Assembly (NCBI RefSeq): GCF_001194135.2
Contig: NC_068989.1
Coordinates: forward strand, 26,055,607-26,119,606
Source: Octopus bimaculoides
Lineage: Eukaryota
Direction of reading: 5' to 3'
Length of the DNA stretch: 64,000 nucleotides
How positions within the stretch are numbered: the first letter of the stretch is position 1; each line of letters opens with the position of its first letter. Below, piece by piece: positions 24,816 through 39,228 of the stretch. The notes beneath the pieces are model-generated. The model made no database searches. It was not told where the DNA came from and worked only from the letters and a program-made list of their open reading frames with translations. The position numbers were made by a program, and so were the translations under genes.

Positions 24816-27659
24816 CTCTACCCAAATTGCATACGTAATAATGATGATAAATGGAGGTTGCTTCGAACTATATTTTGACATTCAATTCTGGGAAAAAGAA
24901 AAATGTCCATGTCTTCGAGTCTTTGTGAGATCATAACATACCTTATATGCATTAGTATACCTTGCACCTACATGTCTGTCTGTGTGTTTTCGCGTATATT
25001 TAATATTTAATCAAATATAAATTATTCAAATCCTTTCTGATTGTTCGAACCTTGTGAACATAGTGAACTATTGATTATAATCAATATAGCCAGAAAACCG
25101 ATCTCTCTGCAATGAAAAACAACATATTTCTATATAGCATTGGTACATGTACAGCTTTGCATGTAGGGATAGTTGATTAAATCGACTTTGTGCTCAGCTG
25201 GTACTCAAATATATAGAGAAAAAAGTAGCAATTATCGAACGTACCAATTACAAACTTACTATGTCATCGTCTCCTGTAGTCATTATTGTTTCCAAATTTT
25301 GTCACAACATAACATATTTTATCGACTTATCTCTCCCTAATGTTGCTGGCCTTGTGCCAAAGTTTGCAACTAATGTTGCCACCAAATACTTTGGTATTAA
25401 TTGAAATTACTGATTCGAATGAACACCAACACATTCACGATGAGACAATGCTTGCTGTAAAATTGCCGAGAAACTTGAGCTTTTGGAGAGAAATGAATGG
25501 TAAATCGAAATCAACATTAAAAATAAATCTCTCAATCAATATTTCTCGTGGTTAAATATCACGAACCTCGAAACAGTTTCTGTCAAGGAGAGTAGGGAAT
25601 CTCCTGGCCCCCGTTGCAACACACTGATAGCCAACATTACGTTTTTCGCTGTACATCCAAATTATGAAACACAATACGATTTCCTCCTCAGTCAAATTCT
25701 ATTTCTCTCTCTCTCTCCCTTCTCTCTCCCCTTCTTTCTCCCCTTCTCTCTCCCCTTCTCTCTCCCAAATTAGGTACCTAGAATTGGAATACAATAATCA
25801 ATAATTCCAATGCACAAAAACGAAACACAAATAACGAAAAGCAGTATAGCAATGAACCAAAAACCAAGTATTGAAAAAAGAATTTTACCATCAAACATAA
25901 TAAAGTCCTCTCACTCAACTATATAAAGAAGCACAAGATAATTCTAACAAAACAAAATTAAATTAAAAGACGTGATAATTCACTTTCGCTGTATCTTATA
26001 CCTTATGAATTTTCTATGCGATATATGAGAAAGATGACAAGAAACTTCAGTTTGTAACGTTTTGTACTTGATATGCTACACACATCAACTTTAATAACGT
26101 TCTGTGTGCATTTACATTTACGTATACAGTATATTCTTTGCAATGGTCAATAGAGAATTTTAATTGCATATAAACATCATTTTTATTGTTACACAAAATA
26201 TATTTTATATGAAACTCGATCGCCTATAATAATTTTAAATGTAAATATTAATGTAGTTATGAACGCAATGGAGCAATACAATTATCAGCGCAAAGGCATA
26301 TCATTAGAATATATTATAGAATTAAATTTCCTGCAGTTTATATCATTCTAGACTCATCTTAATCGATTGTAGAATTATAAAAGTTAACTTCCATAAATAA
26401 AAACAAACACTTTCCGGTTATTATATATATATATATATACACGCACACACAAATATATATGTATATGTATTTATATATATACACACACACACATATATAT
26501 ATATGTATATCTGTGTGCATGTTTATACATCTAAGCACGTATCGTTCTTCGTTTATTACAAGGGAGGTAATCATTTCTTCATATGAAGACTAGAAACAAG
26601 TTGAAACTTCCTCGAGGTTAATAAGCGTAGTGCTATATTTCATTGTGTTTAGAAATCCTATTAACCTATTAACTAAACACTGTTATGAAGTGAAATTTTC
26701 ATTCAAGATGGAAATAATTAGTCATAGTTATAAGTGTTTTCATACAGGATATTAACTATTTCCTGAGGATTCTACACTCTGAAGTTGTCTCACGGAAGCA
26801 AATATTTTCAGGCTTGAATTTAAAAAAATCAATAAATAAATCACAAGATTTTTTTCCGTTATATTCTTTGAGATGTTTAAATTAGTCTCAAGCTGTTGTT
26901 TCATAGTAGTTATGTTGTGGAAGTGGCATCTGGTCTTAAACATAACATCTTGAACAGAGTCAAAATCACAGCTGGAGAGTTTCAATCATCTGTCGTTCTT
27001 CTAGTTGTCGCAGTTATTTTAACGGAGGTGATCTTTCATAATATTTGGCGGAATACAAAAATTAAATTTGAAATTCAAATTAATCTATATGTGTATTTAT
27101 GTCTGATTGTATGTATTTACATCAGACGAATTAGCAGAATACTTAAATTATTTCATGAAATGCTTCTTCAGTCATTGATCAGAATTACTGCGCTCTAGTT
27201 TGAAAACCTGCCGAGTGCAACTTTGCGTTTCATTTATTCCAAGCCCATAGATGAGAAAAGTATCGTTCCAGGCCAGTAGAACAGCGCAACTGTTCAGGTG
27301 TAACAAATTACAGTATGTAATCATGGGTGACAGCTAGGTATTCTGAAAAAAAAGCCTTGACCTGCATCAATAAGCAGTTACATGTTCAATATTGGGTGAT
27401 GGAAGTAATATATGTGCATGATTTGTTTGAATGTGTGAATGTGTGCAAGTGTGTGTGTGCTTGTTTGATATCAGCTTCTATATTGAATGTTGACAGGGTA
27501 ACGTAAAGAGCACCACCATTTCATCTTGCGTAATACTATGGCAAACACGTCAACCGCTGTTATATATGCATTGTGTAAGTGTGTATTTGCATACACGCAA
27601 TGGCACAACTGCGAATTTGAGAACTTCGCTTCGTATCCAAGTAGTTTCATAATTTATTC

Positions 27660-27925
27660 TGGTGCTAATTCTTTTGGGAAATGTTGCTGAACCACTAAGT
27701 TAAGGGGACGTAAATACGCCACTACCGGCTGTCAAGCGATCGTGTGGGACGAATAGACACAAAGATACTCAAGCTTAAATATATAAGATATAAGACGGAG
27801 CTCCTTTCAGTTTGCGTCAAGTAATACTACTCACAAGTCGTCGGTTGGCCCTAGGCTATACTAGAAAAACCAGCCCGGATCCATGTGCTTCGGAGGCAAA
27901 TTTCTTACCACAGAACGACGCCTGC
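27660..27925 (-). mobile_element. SINE family A, diverged copy
   Basis: Reverse complement of the family A body (gaaccactaagttaaggggacgtaaatac) and head (tttcttaccacag...cgcctgcac). Confidence 0.7.
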
Positions 27926-27987
27926 ACACCTATATACTTACACGCACTCTCACACACACGCACACAAACACCCCCATACTCACACAT

Positions 27988-28024
<37 letters not shown>

Positions 28025-28310
28025 NNNNNNNNNNNNNNNNNNNNNNNNNNNNNNNNNNNNNNNNNNNNNNNNNNNNNNNNNNNNNNNNNNNNNNNNNNNN
28101 NNNNNNNNNNNNNNNNNNNNNNNNNNNNNNNNNNNNNNNNNNNNNNNNNNNNNNNNNNNNNNNNNNNNNNNNNNNNNNNNNNNNNNNNNNNNNNNNNNNN
28201 NNNNNATATATATATATATATAAATATATATATATATGTATGTATATATGTATGTGTGTGTGTGTGTGCGCGTAAGTGGGTATACGTCTGTGTGTATGTA
28301 CATATATATA

Positions 28311-29556
28311 CATTGGGTCATGCCCTACATAATGTTGTTGTTCAATGACACGAACTAAAAACACGGGGAGGGGGGAATCACTGCATCAGCCTGCTATTGA
28401 AGCAGTTAGCAAATTTATATTGTTTTATTCTTAATGCAAATTTTGAAGTGTTAAAGTGTGAAGTTCGATTTTAACAGTTATTTTTTCAAAATATAAAATG
28501 GAAGTACGATGGAGCATATTCGGAATAGTTTGCCTTATGAGTTCAATAAAAGCAACAACGGAAAGTGTGAGGAATATTGACGCAGTATATAAGGATCGGA
28601 CACAAAGTGTAAGCCAGTGTCAACGGTAGTTGCAGAAATTCCGAGCCGGAAACCACAGCCTAGAGGACGAGCCTCGTCCTGAAAAATTTGAAGAGTCCGA
28701 CGAGCAAATCCTGCACAACCTGGTGGGACGAAATTCAATCGTAAGTATTGAGGAACTAGCAGAGAAGCTTGGATTTGTTCATTCCACTATTCATCGACAC
28801 CTGCATGCCATCGGAATAGTCAGCAAATTTCCGAGTATAATCGCGCGCAGTGTGTGAGTGTGCTCCTTTTGCTGTTATGTATCACGAATGAAACTTTTTG
28901 GACCGAATAAAGTTTGGTGACGAGAAATGGGTTCTCTATAAGAATTCAAACGCCGAAGACAGTGTGTAGGGAAAGCAGAAACACCAGCACCTCAGGTTAA
29001 ATTTCTTCACCCATGTAAGATGTTGTTATCTGTTTGGTGGGAAATGAAAAGTTTAGTTCACTTTGAAGTTTTAAACCCAAACCAAACAATAACAATGGAG
29101 ATCTACTGCGAGCAACTTAAGCGGCTTAACTCATCAGTAGAAGAAAAATCACCATCTTTGGTTTCAAGATGAAAAGTATCCTTCCATCAAGATAATGCTG
29201 AGTCACACAGCGAGCATGATATTCCAAAGACTGGAACAGTTTGAATGGGAAACGATGCCCCACCCACTATATTTGCCGAATATTTCCCCGTCTGACTACC
29301 AGTTCTCGGCAGTCTTCAAAATCACTTGAACGGAAAAAATATGAATTCTGTAGACGGGGTCAAAACAGTACTGGAGGAGTATTTTTCTTCATGTTCAAGT
29401 CAATTTTGGAAGAAGCCCCTTGCAAGCATATCAGATAGATGGAAGGGCATTGTATAAAATGAAGTAGAGTATGTTATAGATTAAAAAAATACTTTATGTT
29501 AATTTTGAAAAATAAAAGCAGTGTAAAGACCCGCATTTTTTATGGGATGCACAATA
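28311..29556 (+). mobile_element. Near full-length mariner element (about 1.25 kb) with a decayed DD34D transposase
   Basis: FRAGNHSLEDEPRP, EELAEKLG..HSTIHRHLHAIG, GDEKWVLY, KMLLSVWW, FHQDNA and ISPSDY. Imperfect TIRs (cattgggtcatgccctacataatg / cgcattttttatgggatgcacaat) lie next to TA. Confidence 0.92.
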
Positions 29557-29587
29557 TATATTTGTATATGTGTATGTATGTGTGCGT

Positions 29588-29633
<46 letters not shown>

Positions 29634-31604
29634 GTGTATGTGTGTGCACCGGCCGTCGTGCGCGCCTGTGTACGTGTTTAGTCTGGAGAAGATTCTACAC
29701 AAAACGAATTTTATTTGCGTACCCTCAGTTACACGATATTTTTTGTCAGTTTTTCCTTAAAGATCCTGCTTGGGGGAAATAAAATTCGGCTCTTAAACCC
29801 CTTATATATTGAAATGATATTTTCCCCTTAGATTGTCATGTTGGATTTAATCAAGCGTGCAAATTAATCTGCAATATTGAGTCCCTCACTCCTTACCTTG
29901 GCTTTTCTCGTAAGATAAGATCTAAAGAATAGTTTATTTTTATTAAGTATCACTCTCTCTTAGAAACAAAATCCTTGGAAAGCAACATCCATAACTGAAA
30001 TGATTGCTATATAAGAGGAAACATTATTAGGAACATTTTGGCTTTATATGCTTTATATGTCTTTATATTGCCGTTGAGTTAGAAAGAAAAACGTAAATAG
30101 TGTAATTTAAGTTCTTTTACATATCCTTTCTTGTAATATAAGAATGGATTTTTAAACAAATAGCAAGACCGTTGAAAATAAACTGAAATTCAGTTACAAT
30201 AACCATTCAATAGTGTTCATAATCATTCATAAATTGAATCATAGAACTCAATGAATTTAACACTTCCACATTCATAATACAGTAATTTGGTTCCTGAAAT
30301 GTGTAAACGCGTACGCTGTGTTGAATATATCTCTATCCCTACAAAGATAAACAAGTTAACCCAATGCGGTTCTTCCAAAGGTTCGTTAGAACGTTAGATC
30401 CAAAACAACTTTATTTCCAAAACAAAATGTAATCAAAAACTAGATTAGTGAGTTTAAAGCATGCAATTCTTCACTCGAAAAACTTTCTTTCCTTTGAAAA
30501 TTTGATATTTCCTTAACTCTAACACCTGATAATCATCAACACAAGGTAATATCAGTTGGAATGAGATTGGGTACTGCACGTGTGAAATTGAAATTACAAT
30601 TCAATTGAGGGATATAAAACATTTTTTTTTGTAAAAATTTTTCTTCAATAACAAGGTTTTCAAAGGTTAGATTTCCAAATAAGGTGTTGTAAAGAAAATA
30701 CGAAAATAATGACGTCAAAACACGCTTCGTTTTCGATATGAACTACATGCACACACACACATACATACGCACACATAAACACAAACATATATGCATGTTT
30801 GTAAATACATGTATATANNNNNNNNNNNNNNNNNNNNNNNNNNNNNNNNNNNNNNNNNNNNNNNNNNNNNNNNNNNNNNNNNNNNNNNNNNNNNNNNNNN
30901 NNNNNNNNNNNNNNNNNNNNNNNNNNNNNNNNNNNNNNNNNNNNNNNNNNNNNNNNNNNNNNNNNNNNNNNNNNNNNNNNNNNNNNNNNNNNNNNNNNNN
31001 NNNNNNNNNNNNNNNNNNNNNNNNNNNNNNNNNNNNNNNNNNNNNNNNNNNNNNNNNNNNNNNNNNNNNNNNNNNNNNNNNNNNNNNNNNNNNNNNNNNN
31101 NNNNNNNNNNNNNNNNNNNNNNNNNNNNNNNNNNNNNNNNNNNNNNNNNNNNNNNNNNNNNNNNNNNNNNNNNNNNNNNNNNNNNNNNNNNNNNNNNNNN
31201 NNNNNNNNNNNNNNNNNNNNNNNNNNNNNNNNNNNNNNNNNNNNNNNNNNNNNNNNNNNNNNNNNNNNNNNNNNNNNNNNNNNNNNNNNNNNNNNNNNNN
31301 NNNNNNNNNNNNNNNNNNNNNNNNNNNNNNNNNNNNNNNNNNNNNNNNNNNNNNNNNNNNNNNNNNNNNNNNNNNNNNNNNNNNNNNNNNNNNNNNNNNN
31401 NNNNNATATATATAACTGAATATAAACAGAAAATGGAGATTAACAAAGACATCGATTGAACCAGATTTATAACTTATTTTGTTCATACATAGCAACAAAA
31501 GATATACTTTAAATGTAGTACAATCGATGTGCTTGTTAATCTAAGGTTTTATCCATTTTGTGATTATTTGCATTGGCTCCTGATAAACTCTTGTTTATCT
31601 TGTT

Positions 31605-31645
31605 GTTACCCTTATTATCCTGTGCCCGTGGATAATAAGGGTAAC
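31605..31645. repeat. Perfect 16-bp inverted repeat with a 9-nt loop
   Basis: gttacccttattatcc-tgtgcccgt-ggataataagggtaac. Confidence 0.95.
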
Positions 31646-31749
31646 TGGTACCGATAGAATATACGGATATTTTGTCCCTTAGTAGGTTAGTATAACCGCT
31701 AAATCTGTTTATACACTATATATATACTAATATATACACCCAAATCATA

Positions 31750-32440
31750 TCCCATGGTTGAGATCCATGAAGGAAGTTATGTATTGTTTTTTAAAATTTT
31801 ACTGGCATCTCTCTCTCTTTCACGAACTTAATTGCTGCTTTTGCCTCCCCGTTGTGATGATGTTTCTTGCGGCTTTTCTGCTCCACCCTATCATGGTGTC
31901 TTGGGAAAGTGCTATTCTACGTCCGGTCAAGATATGTGTCAGAGTGCTCCTTTCTTCACAACGTTTACACAGCTGGTCTTCCTTTAAACCCCATCAGAGC
32001 ATGTTTTTGGGCGCCGGGAGTGTGTCATACACCACCTGCAGCAGGAAGTAGATATAAAAAGGTTCCAGTCTCCACAGGTCAGTTCATGTGAGCTTCCTTT
32101 TAGGGAGGGCCCATTTAGTCTATGCACACTGAGATGCCGGCTCCATAGTCCTTGATTTTCTTCTTCCTTTCTCCTGGTACCGCACCGATCATGGCTCGCT
32201 TCTTCCAGATGTCTGCTTTCTTCCATTATTGGAAAGAAGGAGAACCGAGACCCTGGTGACCACTGCATGTAACTCCAGTGATATCCCATAGCTCTAGCAT
32301 GCCTTCAGTCTGAGCGGATATAGCTACCCAATTTCGCCCAGACCTTGATGTAATACCTGCATGTCTGGCAAGCTCCTCCTTCCAGACTCAATAAATCATT
32401 ACATCATTACATTTTACGACGGATTGCATGGGAAGTTGTA
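31750..32440 (-). mobile_element. HERO/R2-like RLE non-LTR retrotransposon fragment (post-RT zinc-knuckle region)
   Basis: The minus strand reads LWRLEPFYIYFLLQVVYDTLPAPKNML*WGLKEDQLCKRCEERSTLTHILTGRRIALSQ, matching the YDTLP..NL..WG...C..C....HIL.GC..ALSQ pattern. Confidence 0.85.
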
Positions 32441-34158
32441 GCTATCCTGATACGTTGGTATTATCTACAGAACTATTGAAGTGAAGCTTCTAGAACCACC
32501 TAGCCTTTTCGGACGTATTTATTTACCTTCCTCTCCACCCATTCCGCATGGTAGAGCCATGCCCTGTACTTTTATTGGAAGCCCTGTGTTATGTCTCAAG
32601 CTACTACTATCTAGCACCTTCTGATGTTCTCTACTCAACCGCTACACAAATGCTACTCAACACACCTACCACGGCCAGACTACCTCCATTTATATGTCTT
32701 GAGAGATCCTATTTCTTCGCCTGGGGGAGTAGACACAACACCCTGATCTATCAATCCTCCTTAGACACAGGCTTCGTCGATTTAGATTAGAAATGTTTTC
32801 TCTAAAACGACAAATCACCTCACCAAAAACCGACTAAACACCAAGTACTAAATATGGTCGCTCATGCTTGAACCATACAGAATACTGAATATTTGACTTT
32901 AATATCTTAGCCACTATATTTATGTGTATATATAAATATATATATATATATACATATGTATGTGCATATATATATATATATATATAAATATATATATANN
33001 NNNNNNNNNNNNNNNNNNNNNNNNNNNNNNNNNNNNNNNNNNNNNNNNNNNNNNNNNNNNNNNNNNNNNNNNNNNNNNNNNNNNNNNNNNNNNNNNNNNN
33101 NNNNNNNNNNNNNNNNNNNNNNNNNNNNNNNNNNNNNNNNNNNNNNNNNNNNNNNNNNNNNNNNNNNNNNNNNNNNNNNNNNNNNNNNNNNNNNNNTATA
33201 TGTATGTGTGTGTGTGAGTTTGTGCGTATATATTTATGTCAGTATCCTTCTCTTTATTCATAAGTATGTGCAAACAAACACTTGCGATTATACGTGTATT
33301 TTGCGGCATAAATTAGAATTCTGAATGTATTCCTGAGCCGCTTTACCATTCTTGTGTCTTGGTATATAAGAGCTTTATATTCTTTTCTATGTCAATGAAT
33401 TTTGTTCTCTCGTATACCAGACTTGGTGTATATTTGTCTTCCTTTAGCTTTCCTTCTATGCATTTACATTGCTTTTCATTTTCCTTTCGTACTTGCGAAC
33501 ACTAGTAAATGACCATCATAATATTGTTCTATAATCATATTATCCCCTCTCCTTTTAACCTCTTGCGCCGTACGGTTTCTCACATTTCCCACTTCAGTTA
33601 TTTGCCATCTAATTTGTTTTCCTGTTTTTCATTCGCTTATCGAAAAACTCGGAAATGATCAGAAACAGTGCTATACAAAGCCGTAAATATCTCTAAAAAT
33701 TTTGTTTTCAGGCCTCACGGCAATGCATCTCGAATGTTTTTCATATGTATACCATTATCAATATTTTTGTAAAATCGTTCACAATAGTTTTATTTTGAAA
33801 TAATAGTGTCCATTTGATTTTTAAATGGTGCCAACGAAATAAATCAGATGATGTAAACAAAATACTCACGTACTTTAGAATCAGTGAATTTTGTAGATAT
33901 TTCCATTGAAACGAATGATATTACGTATTTAACATTATTTTGGGGTAGGTGATACCACGTTTTCTGCGCCAAGAATTTACTGAAAAATCAATATTAGATC
34001 GAATTCAGAATCCATTCTGAATTTTTTTCAAGTTCAGCATTTTTCAGTATAAATATCATTGCTCCTTAATTTGGAGGGTATTCCTACGAGAAAAGTAAAC
34101 TCATTGAAATGTGGGAATTAAGCAAATGGCAGTAAGCCCCTACAATATTTGTATACCC

Positions 34159-34207
<49 letters not shown>

Positions 34208-35759
34208 CGCGCGCGCGGGCTTACACTGTTGACAGTGAATTCAATGTTTCGGCTGACTAACCGTCATTTCCTTCTGGCCTGATACTTCATTTCTGGTTTG
34301 ATACAATTTTTCCATATCACACAAGTATATTTTGGTATAGTATATTGAAACTCTATTCTACTATAGACTATTGAAAGTATTGAATGGTTCTTCTGTCTAG
34401 TAATAAACTGTTTTCCCTCAATATTTATGTAAATTCAATTGTAAACAATTTTCATGACCAAGAATTTGAATTTATACAAATATATTTTACTCAGATGTAT
34501 TTTTGTCATGTTTGTTATACTAGTTCTAAATCCAGTTTTATTGAAACACACATTTGTTATATTTTTCAAATAAGAAATGTCTACATGTTCACCACGGGAA
34601 TGGGTTGCTTTACATTCGAGGAATGAATAATTACAACGTTTAAAATAGTTGTCTTCTATTATAAATATTTGAATGTTAATTTTTCACTATATTTTTTCTG
34701 TATCATTATTTTCCCTCTTTAGTTTCATATATATATAATATTACCTCCCGTTATTATTTACCATGTGGTGCAGTATTTTATTCCCATCATAATACTTTTA
34801 CATTGCATTTATGTTTATTTATGAAGAAAAATAATTGATACAAATCATATCTATTTCACATACTAATAAATGCCTTATGTAGGTATGTATGTTTTGGGTG
34901 TACCTGTGCGTGTGTGTGTAAGCATGAGAATATGTAAAATATATGAAGTATCTCACGAGAAATGTAGATCGTTTCAGAAAGGGAAAAAAATTTATGTCGA
35001 ATATTTTATAAATATGTATACAAAAAGAATATATATCATTTCGGGGAGGGGAAGCTATTTCAAAAACAAAAACGATTCCCATGCGGCTGTGAATTATATT
35101 ACAATGCAGTTGTATCAAAATGATATCAAAATGCCGTAAGATAAAGAAACCTTTTGTTGAGTAATATTCCAATAGTCTAATATTCAGCACTGTCTTTCAT
35201 TACACAGTTACGCTTTGCATATTTCATCTTATATCTTCTTATCTATTATTTGATCAAAAATTCAAATGCTATTGCTTTTGTGGGTTTTATTGTTGTTATA
35301 TATTGTGTCGTCTTTACGTCGTTTGGTTATATATTTTATCAATTTTTGTATTTAATGTTCATCGGATCTCATTTGATGATGTAGTTTCTAGGTGGTTCCT
35401 TTTGTTTCAGTTACGAAATATTGGGAAAGTATAAACATTGAGAATCGAGGAGCGCATCACATTATAAACAAAACATGTCAATATTGATGATATATATATA
35501 TATATANNNNNNNNNNNNNNNNNNNNNNNNNNNNNNNNNNNNNNNNNNNNNNNNNNNNNNNNNNTATATATAGTCCATTCAAAAAACGGACAAAAAAAAG
35601 AATACAAAGATTCGAGCATAGCTCTCCTACGGAAACAAGAAGAAACAGAAAAATCCAAGACGAAGGAGGAAGTAAATTGCCGACAATCACATGCGTTTAC
35701 ATTTTTTTAAGTAATTGGCAGAAAGTAGGAATGAAGAGGAAATGCTTTCTGGAAGAGGA

Positions 35760-36330
35760 GAGGGCAAAAACTGAGCAGTATGCGTGTGTGCGTGCATGTG
35801 TGAATTTGAAACATCGTGTGGTAGCGTGTAGTGTGTGTGGGAGCGTGTGTCTATGTACGATAGCGTGTGTGTGGCAGTAACTGCACGTGTGTGCGTGTGG
35901 TGGCCTGTGTGGGTTGGGTAGCCTGTGGTAGCGCGTGTGTGTGTGTGGTATTAATTGTATGTGTGTGTGTTTGTGCGCGTAATCTGTGTGTGTGTGGTAG
36001 TGTGTATGTGTGTTCATGTCACTCTGAGAGGTGAGAAGCTATCGTGATACGTGTGTGAATGGGTGCATGTTTGCATGGGAACGTATGTGAGTGTTTACAT
36101 GTGTGCGTAGATGGAAGGGTCGATAATGGTTCAGAAGTAGACAGAAGAGGGTGTGAGAATGGGTGGGTGTGTCTGTAGAGGGGTGAGAAATGTGTGCGGG
36201 TATGTGTTTGGATGTGTGTGTGCGAGTTTGTGTGCACGTGTGTGTGTGCGTGTGTGACAGTGCGCGCGCGCGTGCATGTGCGTGTGTACCAATGTGCGTG
36301 CGTGTGCGTGAGCGCGATAGTGTTTATGAA
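35760..36330. repeat. Degenerate (GT)-rich low-complexity tract
   Basis: Directly visible. Confidence 0.85.
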
Positions 36331-37049
36331 TTTGTCTTGCAAGATTCCTGACGCAAAAGAGTTTGTTGAACCAGATATTGTTATATTTCGTAATGATCAT
36401 ATGTTTTCCCTTCCAAATAAACACACGCACTATATATTCGTTCTTCACTCGTTTATTTTTGTTCTTCTTTTATGTCATGTACATTGTCTGGGAATCTTTC
36501 GTCGCACATCTGTGGCCTGATCAGCGACTGTTCCATCAACGTGTTTCTTCCAGTTCTGTTTTGTCAATTATGTCTCGCAATGATGTGTATCCTCAACTGA
36601 GCATGCTTCTGCGTCGGTATCAGTGTGTGTTTATTGTCTTTGCCTGTGTGTGTGTGTGTATGCGTCTCTGTACGTGTATATATCTGTGTGTGTGTACGTG
36701 TGTCCATTATATGTTTTGTATGTGTGATGTTGTGTGTTCATATGGGTTTGCTTACTATATTATTTGTAACCGTGTCCTTTATTTAGATTTTACCAATTAT
36801 TTTTTTTATCTCTGTTTCTTATATGTCATCATAAGTATATGCCCTGTGCCTTTGGTGTGTGTATACATGGGTTTATGTTTTATACTGTTTGTGCCTGTAT
36901 CTTTCTTTTCTTCTTTCTCTGGTTGTTGTGTTGCATGCTGCGGTGGTGAGGGTGTTATTGTTCCATTCGTGTTTTCTGTTGAGATTCGGTCTGTCTATTA
37001 CTATGTGTGAGGCCTCTGTAATCTAAGTGTCGTGTCTGTTTAATGCGTT

Positions 37050-38650
37050 GATAATAACTTAACCTCTATCTTATCAACCACACCTCTATGTTCTAGTCCC
37101 CCAGAACATCCTTTACGCCTAATCTTGAAGTTAACGTGCGGGTTCATCCTACATTCTATAAAATTGTTCTCCGTACATGGGGACCTATCGAAAGGACAAG
37201 TTCTACAGATCAGGGGCTTTCTGATGGTTCTTGACCTGTCAAATACTTTAATCCGTAGATTTACCTTATGTAATGCTTTTCTGAAAAGATATACTAGTTT
37301 ACGCCAGGGGTAGCATCAACAAAATGACACTCTGGGTATTTTTGTTTTTGTCTATCTTTTTCTTGGTCCACTCTGTGCTGCTCCAAGATTAAATCCTGTA
37401 TAGTGGGAAGATCCGTTTTTGCATTAATTTCTATGGTGGCCTTGTACCTAATACTAGTTCCTTCTACCCTCTGCCCTGTCCCTTTGACTCAAGCCAGAGA
37501 ATTGCGTGCGGTGGATAAATTCTTGCATGAGACTATCCAAAGCCGTTGGATCGCACACACACGGCACATTTCTCACCACTCTCACCAAGTCTGCTATTAG
37601 GATATTTAATTTGATATTGTTTACAATGGATGCGTCCTTGTGGACTAGAAATTTAGAGGCCATGGGTTGGGCATAGTGGGAATGAAAGATCTGAACCTTT
37701 CTATTCTTACTTTCCAGCCAGAGTTCTGTGTCTAAGGCCGGTAGCCTGTATTTACGGTACTTGCTAGGACCGTCTATTGTATTTTTGATACTCTGGTAGA
37801 TGGTGGTAATTATTTGCTCGATGCTCGCCATAGTGCTAGCCTCTAGTTCATCGGCACTGTCTTTTGGGTTGCTTTGGCCACTATATTGATATCATCTACA
37901 TGGTTTTTCCGTGTCAACAGTACGGAACTCCACGTTGCACTCGTTGATGATTTCCACACATTTCCCCACACACATCAGCATCAATGAATGGGTATAACGA
38001 TACTACATCTATACTGCCTATCACGCATCCTTTCAGGTCGCAGGCATGGTTGCACTTATTGATTCTGCTAACGAAGTCCTGGTGCTATCACATGCATGCA
38101 GGGACATTCTGATCGGAGGGTATATAACCATAAGTAGGAAGGAAGTAGGTGATTGGGTAGTTGCTGGCAACATTGGCTCCGTAGACCTGTTTCATTCGTG
38201 GTCTTGTCAATGGATCAGTGGTCGCTTTATGGCTTTTGTGGCCTGGAAGTATTTGGCTGTGCGTTTCCTTTCCACTACGTTATTTGATCACATCATCATA
38301 TGAGAATTCAGGATGTTTAACTGTCTGTTCATACTCTTGTACCGTTATTCCCCTCCTATTGGTGATGTTCGGTTGCATTGCCTGAATGTAGTTTGGTAGC
38401 CGGTCTATCGTCATTCTGTCGGACTTGTACGCGGGGAAGCACACGTCTTCCGTATTTATGTGCGCTGTATGAGCTTCTGCCTTTCACTTGCGGGTTTCTT
38501 ATTAAGTTGTTGTGGCTCTCTCTTACTTTGTCTTCTAGTGTACAATTCCATCATATGTATAAGTTTTGTACTACCTATGATGAACTGTGCTTCTATTTCG
38601 TCATTTGTCTGTTGTGAGATCAATCGCTTTTGCGGAAATCTAGGATCGTC
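37050..38650 (-). mobile_element. Penelope-like element, decayed RT and thumb region
   Basis: GCVIGSIDVVSLYPFID (RT motif A), HVDDINIV (YVDD equivalent), and TIDGPSKY..LPALDTELW...HSHYAQPMASKFLVHKDASI...ILIADLVRVVRN...FIHRTQFSG. Confidence 0.85.
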
Positions 38651-38779
38651 GGATAAATATGACTCATATCGTACGACGTATCACGTAGATTGGAAAGGGT
38701 AGAGTGAAGTGGGTTAGTAGCGTTTATACCTGTTGCATTAGTTTCTATCCTATGATTTCTCTGGTTTACTATATCTTAG

Positions 38780-39018
38780 GTTATCTTTGTTGCTGCGATT
38801 CTTGTGCTGCTGGTGCTGCTGGTGGTGTGTTCCTATGTGTATTGCTGCTGTTAGTATTGTTTGCGTTGGTTAGCATCTTTTCACTTGTTTTCGTTATTGT
38901 TGTTTTCGTTATTGTTGTTTTCGTTATTGTTGTTTTCGTTAATGTTGTTCCTGTTATTGTTGTGGTTGTTTTCACCCATTATTATCGTTATACTTACAGC
39001 TACAGTTATTGGTACTAC

Positions 39019-39083
<65 letters not shown>

Positions 39084-39087
39084 GTAT

Positions 39088-39137
<50 letters not shown>

Positions 39138-39166
39138 TTACCACCACTACTACCACCACCACCACC

Positions 39167-39228
<62 letters not shown>

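Noticed and set aside
26752-27200. Overlapping short ORFs in unique sequence
   Set aside because: No recognisable motifs, stops in adjacent sequence, and no consistent splice sites.
30710-30717. Full CRE palindrome TGACGTCA
   Set aside because: A single 8-mer is expected about once by chance in 64 kb.
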